Origin: Octopus vulgaris
Lineage: Eukaryota
Length of the DNA stretch: 64,000 nt
Assembly: GCA_951406725.2 (NCBI GenBank)
Contig: OX597834.1
Span: forward strand, 17,918,001-17,982,000
Direction of reading: 5' to 3'
Shown: one piece after another, positions 1 through 13,469 of the stretch
Numbering within the stretch: the first letter of the stretch is position 1
How the letters are laid out: every line of letters starts with the position of its first letter
The notes under the pieces: model-generated
The model's input: only the letters and a program-made list of their open reading frames with translations
What the model was told of the DNA's origin: nothing
Database searches by the model: none
Made by a program: the position numbers and the translations under genes

Positions 1-55
1 AGCTATTAATTATTTGTGCAAGTTTTGTGTGGCTAAGGAAACTGAAGTAGCTGTC

Positions 56-60
<5 letters not shown>

Positions 61-143
<83 letters not shown>
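61..143. repeat. (GA)n microsatellite
   Basis: Perfect GA run. Confidence 0.98.
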
Positions 144-147
<4 letters not shown>

Positions 148-299
148 TGAGTGCAAGATAGTTTTGATGACAGATTTGATGGTTTGATTAGATAAATAAA
201 CAAAGAAAAAATATAAATAAATAGGAGACATATAAACTAAATACAGCAAGATATAGTATTTTGTTTTCCACTGCTCAAATCTGGATTGAATCTCATAAC

Positions 300-598
300 A
301 AATAGGTCAAATTTGAGTGTGTAATAACCAGATTTAACAACCCAAACTCAAATGACCAAAATTGAGTAACCAAATTTGAGTGACCAAGTCCAAATGACTG
401 AACTTGAATGATCCAACCCAAAAGACTGAATTTTAGTCACCAAAGCCAAATGACCAAATCTGAGTGACCAAGGCCAAATGGCTAAACTTGACTAAAGCCA
501 AATGATCAAACTTTAGTCACCAAACCCAAATGATAAGATTTGAGTCACCAAACCCTAATGACCAAATTTGCTTGAGTAACCAAACTGTTGATCAAATT
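300..598. repeat. Degenerate ~14/28-bp minisatellite (AAATGACCAAA..GAGTGACC)
   Basis: Recurring aaatgaccaaa / gagt(g/c)acc units. Confidence 0.75.
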
Positions 599-727
599 CC
601 ATCCACACTGTGTCCAGCCTTGTTCTTTAGACCTCAGGCCCTGTACTAGCCACATATTCCCAGTCCTGCTGGAAATCTTTCACTGACCATGCTTTTCTTG
701 CAACTGTCATCCTGTAGTTGTTGTCTT

Positions 728-1158
728 TTTATTTGTTTCAGTCATGAGATTGCAACCATGCTGGGGCACTGCCTTGAAAGATCTTTAGTCAAATGAATTG
801 ATCCCAGTACTTGCTTTTTTTTTTTAAGCATGGTACTTATTCTATCAGCATCTTTTGCTGAACTGGTAAGTTACAGGGATGTAAACATACCAACACTAGT
901 TGCCAGTTGGTGAGGGGGGGGGGGGGGCAAACAGACACAAAGACATACACACATATACACAAATATATATACACACATAATATATACATATATGCAATGG
1001 GCTTCTATCAGTTTCAATCTACCAAATCCACTCATAAGGATCTGGTCAGCCCAAGACTATAGAAGAAGACATTTGCTCAAAATGCCACATAGTAGGACTG
1101 AACCCAGATCCATGTGGTTGGGAAGCAAGTTTCTTACCACACAGCCATGCCTGTGCCT
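728..1158 (-). mobile_element. tRNA-derived SINE family A, near full length
   Basis: Reverse complement of the family A copy at 16547-16950. Confidence 0.85.
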
Positions 1159-1334
1159 ATGCTGTTGTTCGGAGAAAAACATCAACCACATCAATCCCAC
1201 TGGTGTCAGAAGATAAATGAAGACTCTGGACATTGAGCAATGCTAAATGAAGACCATGGCTACAACAGTTCCTTCTCTCGACCAGGCCATTAATAAACAC
1301 AATTAATTTTTTCTGAAGAATAACCACACATAAC

Positions 1335-1860
1335 TGATTAAACCCTCCTCCAGTACTGTTCTGACCTCAACGACAGAATTCATACTTTTTCCATCCAAAT
1401 GATTTTGAAGACTGCAGAATAAATGATAATCAGATGGGGCAATGTCCAGCTAATATGGTGGTGGCATTGTTTCCCACCAGGGTTTGCAGGATGTCCTTAT
1501 TAAACGCTACAGATCTTCCAGGCTGTAGTTTCCAGCTCGGAATTTCTGGAACCACCGTTGACATTAGCTTATGCTTATTATCCAATCCCCATATAGCTGC
1601 ATTTATATTCCTCACAACTCTTGTATTGCTGCCTTTATCGAACTCATAAAGCAAAATATGCCAAATATGCTCTTTTGTCACTTCCATTATAGCTTTGACA
1701 AAATAATTGTTAAAATTGAATTGCACTCTTCAAAATTTGCACTATGATTAAGTACAAGGTAAAATTACTACCAGCTTTTATAGCAAGTTGATGCAGGTAA
1801 TTTATCCCACCCCACTTCAGCTTTTAGTTCATGCATTTGAAAAACCACATTATTTATTTT
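1335..1860 (-). mobile_element. Decayed mariner transposon fragment
   Basis: ORF MEVTKEHIWHILLYEFDKG (mariner HTH start). Homologous to 11199-12119 with further deletions. Confidence 0.85.
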
Positions 1861-1880
1861 TGCTTTTTGAGCCAAAAAAT

Positions 1881-1915
<35 letters not shown>

Positions 1916-1961
1916 ACCCCTATATAAATGCATGGCATTCTACCAAAATTTAAACTTGTTA

Positions 1962-2191
1962 TTAACCCTTTCGTTACCGTATTTATTTTGAGATGCTCTG
2001 TGTTTCATTCAATTAATTTTAATTATAACCAGGAATTTAGTAAGAGAACTTAGTTGTCATTAGGCTAGCGTTGGGAACATAAATTGTGACTAAGGTTTGG
2101 TGGAAGATTTTAATTCAATACTTATGAAAACAAGACATTTGCACTACAGAGCCAGAGCCGGTTTTGGCCGGGTTGGTATCAAAAGGGTTAA
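1962..2191. mobile_element. piggyBac-like MITE (TTAA-CCCTTT...AAAGGG-TTAA)
   Basis: TTAA on both sides with TIRs CCCTTTCGTTACC / GGTATCAAAAGGG. Second copy at 12233-12460. Confidence 0.8.
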
Positions 2192-2470
2192 AGCTTGATT
2201 TAGTTGAAATACAAAACACATTTGTTTTTATTACTACCTGTTTCTTTTATATCTTCGTATTTATATATTAAAACATAACTAATACATTACGATGTTTAAC
2301 TTCAATGTGTCTATTGGTGTTTTAACAGTTGGGTTTATAATGATTTACAGTAGAGCCTGTTTCACCAGTTTATGATGTGTCAGTATTTGTCAGTTATTGG
2401 AGTCAGGCAACAAAAGAGAGAAAAAAATGAGGACAAAAAGAACAGTTTTATGATAAAACAAAACACTCAC

Positions 2471-2599
2471 TGCTTTGTTGGGACCGGAAGCCGAAGTCCA
2501 GCCAAGAACAACATGAGTTGTTCATGAAGACTGCGGAAATGTTTATAGCGTCGATAAATTGTCCAATGGTGTTCTTCATGTACCAAATCAACTTTATAT
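2471..2599 (-). CDS. PLD1: Phospholipase D (PLD1/2-type) internal exon, PX domain
   Basis: Minus strand reads ttttttcggtAG|exon|GTgagt. The 129 nt translate to (L)YKVDLVHEEHHWTIYRRYKHFRSLHEQLMLFLAGLRLPVPTK, which resembles the PLD1 PX segment [42 protein letters not shown] (recalled, not searched). In frame with the exon at 10709-10859. Confidence 0.93.
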
Positions 2600-3759
2600 C
2601 TACCGAAAAAAGAAAAATATAAAAGAAATATATAAAAATATATTTAAAAAGTATTCGTTAGAAAAATGCTAAATTTTCTGAAAAAGAAATAATAACCTCA
2701 ACCAATGATGATCTGGCTGGCTCAAACACGACACAGGTAGAATATTTGGGCCAGATGTGGTTGGTTTAATCCATGTCTGCAGACAAGGAGCTGTTGAGCA
2801 GGTGGGCTTACTGTTGCACAGGACATAAACAATGTCATCACAACCCAAGCAATGTCAATCCGAAGACACAAACACACATTGATGTAGATGAATATGATTG
2901 GTCTTGATATATAAGATATACATGCATACATATATACACATCTAGGGATATATAGAGATATATATAGAGAGAGAAACAAAAACTGAAACTATCCAGATGC
3001 ACTTATGCATAAATTTACATGGAATACAAAGAGTACAAAAATCTAAGGGATATTTTAAGTTCAACAGCTGTTTCTGGAAGCCCAGAATTATGTAATAGTT
3101 GTAACGGTCACACACACACACACGTGAGTGCAACAAGTTTCCTCATAGTTTCTGTCTGCCAAATTTAACTCCAAAGGTAGAAGACGTGCCCACTTACAGA
3201 AAGATCACAATTGAAACCATGTAGCATGAAAGCAAACTTCTTAATCATGTAGCCATGCAACCATGTTATTACAGTGAAGTGGCAGAACCATTAGAGTATG
3301 GTGGCAGGGAATGCTTTGCAGTATTTGTTCTTTACATTCAGAGTTCAAATCCTAAAGAGGATACAGTTGGAATAATTTGATCAGAGGTCAGGTTTACTGG
3401 GTTAAGAATGACCTGGGGCTAAAAAGCAAAATCAATGCAACAACAACAAGAACAACAATTACGAGAACATTACTAAGTCAATGAGATTTTCAGTAATTCA
3501 ATAGGTTTCACAAGTTTAGACCTGTTTATCTTATCATAGCTTGTCAACGAGTGACATCAACGTAATACTCAAGTTTGCTAATCACCAGTCAATTAGACAG
3601 TTCTCCCCCCTACTGCACACAAAATGATTGAACCAAAACCCTGCATGAGAGCAGGGTTTTTGTTTTATTGCATTTTACTAATTTTTCTCTTGACAACCAA
3701 CTGGTCACAGCTATTGAGACTCAACCTTTTGGGAATAAGATTATTCTGTGAAATATCTT

Positions 3760-4130
3760 TTGTCTGTTTCACTCATTAGAATGTGGCCATGCTGGGGCAC
3801 CACCTTGGAGACCTTTTCTGTCAAATGAATCAACCCCTGGTATTTAATTTTTTTAAAGCCTGGTACTTATTCTATCAGTCTTTTTTTTGTCAAACCACTA
3901 AGTTACAAGGATGTAAACAAACCAACACCAATTGCCAAGCAGTGGTGACACATACACACCACACACACATGAATACGATGGGCTTTTTTCAGTTTCCGTC
4001 TACCAAATCCACTCACAAGCCTTTGATTGGCCCAAGGCTATAGTAGAAGACCCTACTTGCTCAAGTGGGACTGAACCCAGAACCATGTGGTTGTGAAGTA
4101 AGCTTCTTACCACACAGCCTCACCTGTGCC
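3760..4130 (-). mobile_element. SINE family A
   Basis: Homologous to 16547-16950, reverse strand. Confidence 0.8.
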
Positions 4131-4149
4131 TATAATGCTTCTTTATTCA

Positions 4150-4320
4150 ATGTTTTGAATTAATCATGCATCATCTCATAGCTTTGAGATTTCAATGATG
4201 TGATTGTTTACTTTTAGAATGACATTGTAGGGTAGGTGTACAAAGCCAGATCTGGCTAGTTTGAACACAAGACAGGTAGAACATTTGGGCCAGATATGGC
4301 CAGTTTAAATGCTAAAAGAT
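4150..4320. mobile_element. Second piggyBac-like MITE family, partial
   Basis: Homologous to 26862-27085 and 2710-2770. Ends in tttaaatgctaaa. Confidence 0.55.
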
Positions 4321-4488
4321 CAGACATCTTTTTCCTTAGAATATATTGCAGCAATGGATGCAGTATATGAACCATTAACCATTATTCTGCAGGTGCCTTG
4401 TCAGTTGATCAATTTGGTCCACTGACACAACACCCTGCAGATGAACAGCAATATCAGATAAGGCGGAAGGCCAGATAAGGCATCCATT

Positions 4489-5092
4489 TCACCACCACCT
4501 TCACCATCACCACCACCACCATCATCATTACCATCACCATAATCACTACTACCATCATCGTCACCACCACAACCACCACCATCATCACCACCATCATTAC
4601 CATCACCATAATCACTACTACCATCATCGTCACCACCACAACCATCGGTTATCACCACAACCACCACCATCATTACCATCACCATAATCACTACTACCAT
4701 CATCGTCACCACCACAACCATCTGTTATCACCACAACCGCCACCATCATCACCACCATCATTACGATCACCATAATCACTACTACCATCATCGTCACCAC
4801 CACAACCATCGGTTATCACCACAACCACCACCATCATTACCATCACCATAATCACTACTACCATCATCGTCACCACCACAACCATCGGTTATCGCTACAA
4901 CCACCACCTTCACCACCACCATCACTGCCACCACCATCATTACCATCACCATTACGATCACCATAATCACTACTACCATCATCGTCACCACCACAATCAC
5001 TACCACAACCACCACCTTCACCACCACCATCACCATCACCATCATTGTTATCACTACAATCATCACTGCTACCATCACCGCCACCACCACCG
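4489..5092. repeat. (CAC/CAT)n compound minisatellite with higher-order units
   Basis: Repeating caccataatcactactaccatcatcgtcaccaccacaacc blocks. Confidence 0.95.
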
Positions 5093-6017
5093 GCAACATT
5101 TGATATCTGGTTTCTATCCTGCCATGGTTTGATAAGACAGAACACAACTATAAAGTCTTCCAGTGAACAAACTGCTGCATTGAGTGAAACACACAGGAAG
5201 ACAAGAAATTTGTGGATGAGTTTGACAAGTTCATCGGCCACAAGTGAGCAATTTAACACTTCATACTTAACACTTTATACTTATGCCTGTCATGTGAGAT
5301 TGGGAGAAATGGAGAAAGTGCTGTCATCAATGGTTTAGCAGCAGGGATAGCCACAAAATGAAGAATAGAGGGAATTGAAGGGGGTAATTGAGGGGAGGGA
5401 GGATGGAAGAGGAGAAAGGACTGGTGAGGGTGGTGTGTGAGATGGACAATAGAGGAGGCAGTAAAGGATGGGTGAGGGTAGGTAAAGGGATCCAAAGCCA
5501 AGGTCAAGTGAAGATGAGAGAAAGGTCAAGTGAAGATGAGAGAAACGTCAATGTCCTTAGAATGGAGTGGATGGACAAAGCTAAAAACAAAACTAACCTA
5601 ATAAGAGAGTTTTTAAAGCTCCAAGTCTGCCAGCCATGACCAACCTGGCTTTAGTATAACACAGACTATAATGCCCAATGTCTCCTTTATTTAATACAAT
5701 ACAGAGAGATTTAAGGGGAATTTGGTTTCTTTTTCTAGCAGATTCATTGACCACATAGAAGCTCATTTGTTAGCGCATACCTGATTGGTTACTCATGTTA
5801 CAGCCTACTCCACAGGTGTGGCTGTGTGGTAAGAAGCGCGCTTCCCAACCACAGGTTCCAGGTTCAGTCCAATTGCGTGGCACCTTGGGCAAATGTCTTC
5901 TACTATAGCCTCAGGCTGACCAAAGCCTTGTGACAGGATTTGGCAGACAGAAACTGAAAGACCCACAGTGTGCATGTGTGTGTATAGATATGTGCGTGTG
6001 TGTATATGTATGTATGT

Positions 6018-6048
<31 letters not shown>

Positions 6049-6236
6049 GCCAACAAGTTATTGTCTATTTGAAATCTTTATGTGTGTGTGTGTGTATATT
6101 AAAACTAAGAATACCTCATAAAAACGAGTGAGAAGAAAAGAAATGACAAAGGTCTTTAGATATGTATGCAACTCCTTTTCAAACTAGAAACAATGCAATT
6201 TTCTCTAAATTCAGAATATCGGTGACCAGGTCAGAC

Positions 6237-6271
<35 letters not shown>

Positions 6272-7019
6272 AAGAATGACATTGAGAAGAAGAAGAAAGG
6301 AGGAGGAGGAAGAGAAAATGAAGAAGAAAGAAGAAACGGGAAGGAGGGGGAGGAGGAGAGGATGAAGACAGGAAGGAGAGAAGATGAAGGCAAAAGTGTT
6401 TTTAATTTAGACACAAGGCTAGTGCATTTGAGGGCTCAGGTTAGTGATACTATCAACCCCTAGACCTTATTTTATTGTCCCCGAAAGGATAAAAGACAAA
6501 GTTCACCTTGGCAGGATTTAGATTCAGAAGAGCAAAAAAAAAAACACACACACACACACATAAGATGCTTTTACCGATAATGACTAAAATTAGTAGTGCG
6601 AATATTTAACAGACATTTTCACAATGACTCTTAACTGCCAAAAATAGCCGATGAAAGGATTAAAAATAGAGTTATGTTGAAAACTACATTTATTTTAATG
6701 GAAAAAATCTGTCAGATTTTGGTAATGTTTTTTTTTTCAATAAAAGCATTAGGTCACTGTAAACTTAGGCAAAAATTTGGAAGCCTGTTTAATGAGAACT
6801 GATTGGTACTTTGAAAGCAGCATAAAATAACAACGGTATCAATCTATCAAGAAAATAGCAGTGTTATAATAATAATAATAATGATGATGATGGTTGCTCC
6901 CATCAGTTTCATCAAATGAGTGTTTGAAGGAGAGGACTTGAAGTTAAAGAGAGTAATAGAAAGAAAGAAAAACAAGCGACTAAGAAGCTGCAACTATTTG
7001 CAATGGAGGTGTGAATGTA

Positions 7020-7813
7020 TCAGGTTGAGGAATAATCCATGAGCGGTTTTTTCTTTTTTTCAAATTTAAAAATGCATGCAGAAATAAAACACATTTTATG
7101 TAATTTAAAAGAGAATTTTTTGTTCTACAATATAGTGTATTTTGATTTTTTTATCTTATTGACTTTTGTGTATTTTTAGATCATTAAAATGGAATGTCAA
7201 GTGGACAAAACTGAGCATTTTCGACATTTGCTTTTTGCATTTAATTGAGGTGTTTAGGCTGCTGAAGCTGCTCATGAGATTTGTGTTGTGTATGAACAGG
7301 GAGCAATGCCTCAAAGTACTGCCCATTGTTGGTTTTCTTGCTTCAAAAATGCAAATTTTGACCTCAAGGATGGATCACACATTGGTCAACCAACTGAGTT
7401 CAATGAAGAGCAATTGAATTGGCTTCTCCATGAAAATCCACGTCAAACGACCAGAGAATTGGTGGAGCAGCTGGACTGTGATAAAAAAAACCTGTGGTGA
7501 ACTACCTTCATTCAATGGGCAAAACTCACATCACTAATATGACCAAAGATGTGATTCAAGAACTTGAATGGGAAGTGCTGCCTCATCATCTATACTCTCC
7601 AGACTTGGCACCATCAAATTTTCATCTCTTTTGACCACTTTTGAACGGGCTTGGTTGAATGAATTCTTTGAGGCAAGACTGGGAGATTTCTATCACCAAG
7701 GCATCAAAAAACTTATTAAACAATGGGAGGAAGTATATTATTGATCAATTTGTTGTAGTTTTTTGTTTAGAATAAATTTGAAAAAAACGCTCATGAATTA
7801 TTCCTCAGCTCAG
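7020..7813 (+). mobile_element. Internally deleted mariner element with both TIRs and TA target duplication
   Basis: TA|tcaggttgaggaataatccatgagcg ... cgctcatgaattattcctcagctcag|TA. Broken transposase remnants (ENPRQTTREL; WEVLPHHLYSPDLAPS). Confidence 0.9.
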
Positions 7814-8010
7814 TAATTTGAGTCCTGGTATGGATTTTGCTATGAAGTTGCAATGAGGACATAGACGATTTTGATTTTGCTTGAGATTGGACAAGTGTGT
7901 CTGTTGATCGCTGGATAGTTCTTCCATTGTTCTTTTTCTTCAACTCAAATTATTAGGGTGCATCATCACACATTTTATACCATGCAGACGATAATAATAA
8001 TAACAATATT

Positions 8011-8365
8011 AACAAGAGCACTCAGCATAAACCTCCACCAAGGCAACATCAACATCCAAGGCAACATCAACATCCTCTCAACGATTAGCCGATAAGCCAG
8101 AGATGATTTTCACAAATGAGAATACTAAAAATGAACCTGACTGCTCTCAAAAATCAAGTAAAAAAAAACAGGAAAAATAATCCAGAATCCTTGTCTGGTA
8201 TCAGATCGATCCCAAAATTTAATCAGTTTGTGCCAGTCATGAGGCCAAACATCCTTGAAAGTTTTATCCAAATCCATCCAGCGGTTTTTGAGATATTTTG
8301 TCCACAGACAAACAAATAAACACAACTGAAAACAATACTGCCACCTTTGCTAAGGTGGAAGTAAT
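8011..8365. mobile_element. Non-autonomous DNA element with subterminal inverted repeat (HINE/DINE-like or Crypton-like, unresolved)
   Basis: Starts aacaagagcactcag. Has acctccaccaaggc near one end and gctaaggtggaagt at the other. Embedded in AAT repeats. Confidence 0.5.
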
Positions 8366-8390
8366 AACAATAATAATAATAATAATAATG

Positions 8391-8442
<52 letters not shown>

Positions 8443-8513
8443 TAATGATAATAATGATAATAATAATAATAACAATAATAATAACAATAATGATACTAAT
8501 AATAATAATAATG

Positions 8514-8547
<34 letters not shown>

Positions 8548-8574
8548 ATAATAATAATAATAATAATAATGATG

Positions 8575-8605
<31 letters not shown>

Positions 8606-8622
8606 TGATGATGATAATAATA
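8362..8622. repeat. (AAT)n microsatellite
   Basis: Long imperfect AAT/GAT run. Confidence 0.97.
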
Positions 8623-9544
8623 AAAGCTTTAAGCTTAATCAATTTCAAATCTAAATAGAAGAAAAATTGCTAATATAGAAATTCAAAGAGAAAGATTGAG
8701 CTGAAGTGTAAGTATTCAAATTAAAATCTAATATCACAAATGATTTTTATGAGATTTCACTTTATGATTCCCAAATCAAAGAATGCATATTGCTGACAGG
8801 CTGGTTCACTGCAGGATTTTTCTTGAGATAACATCTCTTATAGATTTGATGTGTTAAAAATATTCCGTAAATATCAGGAGGCTATTTTAATTAAATACTG
8901 CATTAATTGCAATGTCGGTGAACGTTTTATTCACTCTTTATTATACCAGAGGTGATGAATTTTCATTTGTGCATCTGATTATCTATGAGTGCATACCATT
9001 GAAAGGGCCCAAAAAAGGCCGAAATGGATTTGGCACTTTCACTAAATGCTGCTGGGATAAATTTCTATCTTTCTCTGATATTTATTGCATTTTTAACACA
9101 GAACATCCATAAGAGATTCTATTTCTGGATAAATACTGCAGTAACTGGCCTATCAACAGTATATACACAGATGGCTATTTAAATTAGACACTGCTTCAAT
9201 TTTGTACACTGGGTTACAAACTTAGTATGCTAGAGCCTCTAAAGGGTCGCTCTTTATCTTTCCTTTTATCTATTCTTGTTTTAGTCATTAGACTGTGGCC
9301 ATGCTGGGGCAGCCGCTTGAAGAATTTTTTTGGTCAAATGAATCAACCCCAGTATTTATTTCTTTTGAAGTCTGGTACTTTCTTTATTGGTTTCTCTTGC
9401 TGAACTGCTAAGTTACAGGGACGTAAACACATCAGCCTGGTTTGTTGAGTGATGGTGGGGGACAAACACAGAAATTATAGTAAAAAATCAAACTGTGAAG
9501 GTGACAACATGCCACTCCACATCTTTGAGCAAATGGTTATGCAA

Positions 9545-10040
9545 AGCTGCTGGAGACTGGCCAAAGCCCGGCTGGAGATGGTTGCAGCTGGAAGACCATA
9601 TATATGGCAGCAGGATTCAGCCCCTAGCCATATCTTCACAAAAATTTCAGAAATGTTTGTCAGAGAATTTTTACTTCATCACCCTCAATTTCTGGCCTCT
9701 TAATTCTCCTGAATGTAAATCCCAGGAACTGCTGTGTGAGGGGCACAGCCAAGAAAGACGCCAACTCCTCTGTTTGCAACACCAAGGCTGAGCTGGTGGT
9801 CAAAATCAAGGAGATATTCAAAGATCTTCCCAAGGACACAGTGAGAAACACATGCACCAGGTCCCAGAGCTATCTTGAGGCCATTGTGGAAGCTGAGGGT
9901 AGCTACTTTGAGTAAACTGTTTTCTCCCAGCTATAATCTAGTTGATAGTTTTCAAATTTCTTAAATATTTTTATCTTTGGAAGAAATGTGTTTTCTTTAC
10001 TCTTTATACAAACTGCCAAATTCAGCCTGAACCCACTGGA
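9545..10040 (+). mobile_element. Tc1/mariner transposase C-terminal fragment (frameshifted)
   Basis: Motifs WQQDSAPSH and FWPLNSPE(C), plus C-terminal AIVEAEGSYFE*, spread over several frames. Confidence 0.85.
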
Positions 10041-10244
10041 GGTGATCGATTCTTTGAAGATAAAGTCATTAACGGAGCTGGGATATTTCAAATAGTTTTA
10101 GTCATTCGTTTATGCTTTTACTTGTTTCAGACATTTGACTGCGACCACACTGGAGCACCACCTTGAGAGGTTTTAATCGAACAAATTGACCCCAGGATCA
10201 TGCTTTCCTTGCAACTGTCATCTTGTAGTAGATGTTTGTTTTTT

Positions 10245-10653
10245 TTACTTGTTTCAGTCATGAGATTGCGACCACGCTGGAGCACCACCTTGAAAAATCT
10301 TTAGCCAAATGAATCGATCCCAGTACTTCCTTTGTTTTTTAAAGCCTAGTACCTATTCTGTCAGTGTCTTTTGCTGAACTGCTAAGGTACAGGGAGGTAA
10401 ACACACCAACACTGGTTGTCAAGCAGTGACGTGGGTACAAATACAGACACAAAGACACACACACATACACATAAGTATATGTATATATCAATGATGGGCT
10501 TCTTTCAGTTTCTGTTTTCCAAGTCCATTCACGAGGATTTGGTTGGCCAAGGCTATAACAGAAGACACTTATCCAAAGTGCTATGAAGTGGGACTGAACC
10601 CAGAACCATGTGGTTGGGAAGAAAGCTACTTACCACACAGCCATACTTGTGCC
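10245..10653 (-). mobile_element. SINE family A
   Basis: Homologous to 728-1158, including about 40 bp of 3' flank. Confidence 0.85.
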
Positions 10654-10708
10654 ATTAATAATTTTTATTTCTTACATTTTTTGTTTTTATAATGATTTTA
10701 ATACTTAC

Positions 10709-10859
10709 AGGTTTGAATTAATCCTGTGACTCGGTCGTTTGTCAAGAGACACTTTCACACTGACTGTCACACCAGTAATCCAGACATTGAAATGGTTTTT
10801 CTCAGAAAAGCTGGTAGCTTTCTGGTGAACACGCTGGTATGGAACTTTGGGTCCATAAT
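10709..10859 (-). CDS. PLD1: Phospholipase D (PLD1/2-type) internal exon, N-terminal region/start of PX domain
   Basis: Minus strand reads ttttctggtgttttAG|exon|GTaagt. The 151 nt translate to xYGPKVPYQRVHQKATSFSEKNHFNVWITGVTVSVKVSLDKRPSHRINSN(L). The terminal CT joins the first A of the next exon to give Leu, producing ...SNLYKVDL, like PLD1 ...SINLYTIEL. Confidence 0.88.
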
Positions 10860-11198
10860 CTAAAACACCAGAAAAAGAAGAAAATTATTTGAAAATAAAT
10901 GAAAATAACCATAAATAATTAACAAAATCAAAATGTAAATATCAACAATAAAATCTAATGGTAGTAAGATAATGAGTAAAGTGGGTGAAAAGAGGAAGGA
11001 ATTTCCTGCAGAACATCCACTTGTTGAAGAATAGCATTGCAGTCTGTACAAAAACTAGTAGTATAATGGTTTCAAATTTTGGCACAAGGCCAGCAATGTC
11101 AGGGAGAGTGGGGAGATAAGTGAATAACATCAACTCCAGAGTTCATTTGGTTCTTATTTCATTGACCTGATGATACACAGTAACAGACACCACAGATA

Positions 11199-12119
11199 TT
11201 GGGTTATCCCGTAAATAACGTGGGTTTTTTTATTCTTCTTTTATTTTGCAAAATTAAGATAAACAAAGTTCTTTTTTAATCTAAAATATAATCTTTATTT
11301 TCTACAATCCTCTTCCATTTATCTGGTAAACTTGCAAGGCCCCTCTTCCAAAATCCACTTGTCCATGACGAAAAATACTCCTCCAGTACTGTTCTGACCT
11401 CATCTATAGAATTCATATTTTTTCTGTCCAAATTATTTTGAAGACTGTGGAATAAATGATAACCAGATGGGGCAATGTCCAGCGAATATGGTGGGTGGGC
11501 ATTATTTCCCATTCAAACTGCTCCAGCCTTTGGAATGTCATCCTCGCTGTATGTGGCCAAGCATTATCCTGATGGAAGAACACCTTTCATCTTGAAACCA
11601 AAAATGCTTGTTTTCTGATGGCATGCAGGAGTTGATGAATGATTGAATGACCAAATCCAAGCTTCTCTGCTAGTTCTACAACAGTTACGATGGGATTTTG
11701 TTCCACTAGGTTTTGCAGGATGTCCTTGTCAAGCTCTACAGATCTTCCAGGACATGGCTCATTTTCTAGGCTGTAGTTTCCGACTTGCAATTTCTGGAAC
11801 CACCATTGACACTGATTTACACTTATTGTCTGATCCCCGTATACTGCATTAATATTCCTTGCACTTTCTGTTGCATTGTTGCCTTTATTGAACTCATAAA
11901 GCAAAATATGCTGAATATGTTCCTGTGTCACTTCCATTATAGCTTTGAAAAAATAGCTGTTAAAATCAAACTGCACTCTTCAAAACTTGCACTAAGAATA
12001 AGTATAAGGTAAAATTACTACCTGCTTTTATAGCAAGTTGATGCAGCTAGTTTATTCCATCCCCTCCAACTTTTAGTTCATGCAATTGAAAAAACTGCAT
12101 TAATTATGGGATGACCCAA
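11199..12119 (-). mobile_element. Internally deleted mariner element with both TIRs and TA target duplication
   Basis: TA|ttgggttatcccgtaaataacg ... cattaattatgggatgacccaa|TA. ORF remnants MEVTQEHIQHILLYEFNKG and HPPYSLDIAPSGYHLF (YSPDLAPSDY motif). Confidence 0.93.
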
Positions 12120-12232
12120 TATATAAGCAAGAAAGGTGTCCTACGTAGTCACAACATCTGCTACAAGTGGCAGTCAAAATCTAATTTTAACTCCAAAAGG
12201 ATGAAAGTCACTGTATATCAAATTGTGAGGGT

Positions 12233-12460
12233 TTAACCCTTTTGTTACTACATTCATTTTGAGATGTTCTGTGTTTCTTTCAATAGTTTTAAATATAACA
12301 AAGACTTTAGTAAAATAACTTAGTCATCATTCATCTAGTATTAGGAACATAAATTGCGACTAAGATTTGGTGGAAGATTTTAATTCAAAACGCATTGAAA
12401 CAAGACATTTGTACTCAGAGCCAGAGCCGGTTTCAGCTGGGTTGGTAACAAAAGAGTTAA
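12233..12460. mobile_element. piggyBac-like MITE
   Basis: TTAA-CCCTTTTGTTAC ... GTAACAAAAGAG-TTAA. Homologous to 1962-2191, with a more decayed copy at about 12675-12900. Confidence 0.8.
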
Positions 12461-13469
12461 CAAACATCTTGATCAACAAAAATACTTAAGAATTTCCTAA
12501 ACAATAAATTTCTTCAGTGAAAAACTCAACTTGACTAAAATCTAATTAGTAAATTAAGACAAGATGCTGCATCATTTATAAAATGGAAATTCAAAAAGTT
12601 TTTGGGGAAAAAAAAATAACAAAGGAAAAGCTTAAATAAAAATAGGAAAGCTGAGTTGAGGGTCCAAAATGTCTTTAATACTTTTGCTACTATATTACTG
12701 TTGAAATACATTGCCTCAATTTCAGTTAATTTTTAAAATAATGAAGAAGTTAGTAAAATAACTGTCATCATAAATCTAGTATTTGAAACATAAATGAACA
12801 CAAAATTTTGATGGCATATCTTAATTAGATCATTTTAAAACATGAATTTTCTATCACAGAACCAGGGACAATTTGAGGTGGATTGGAATCAAAATGTTTA
12901 AATTGGCATTGGTGTTTCTTAAATCATAAAAACCTAAGCATATTCAAATATCAAATCTGAAATAGCTTTTAATAATCATTTTTTTCCCTAATTATAATTA
13001 ATGTTGTAAATCACGAGGTGTTGGTAATGCTAATTAAATGCCAGTAAAATGATATTACACAATGAAAGCAAAATGGTAGGAATAAAAAACTTGATTGCCA
13101 GAAATAGCCGTGTGGTTGAGTTTTCTTTGTAACCATGTTGTTTCAGGTTCAGTTCCAATGTGGGGCACTTCGGGTAAATGTTTCTAACATAGCCTTAGGG
13201 TAGCCTATAACTTGTCAACAGATCTAATAGAAAATGGGTAAAAACCTGCTACACACAAACATACGTGTATATGTGTGTAAGAGCCTGTTACACACACACA
13301 TTTGTATGTGTGTGTATTATATATACATAAACATATGTGTATGTATATAAATATACATATGTATATATTTACATGTGTGTGTGTGTGTCTATATATATGT
13401 GTGTGTGAGTGTGTGTGTGTGTGTATGTACGTATATATATATATATATATATATATACATTTTTTTTAT

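Noticed and set aside
4401-5259. Long Gly/Asp- or Val/Met-rich ORFs
   Set aside because: Translations of a CAC/CAT minisatellite, open in several frames, with no splice or homology support.
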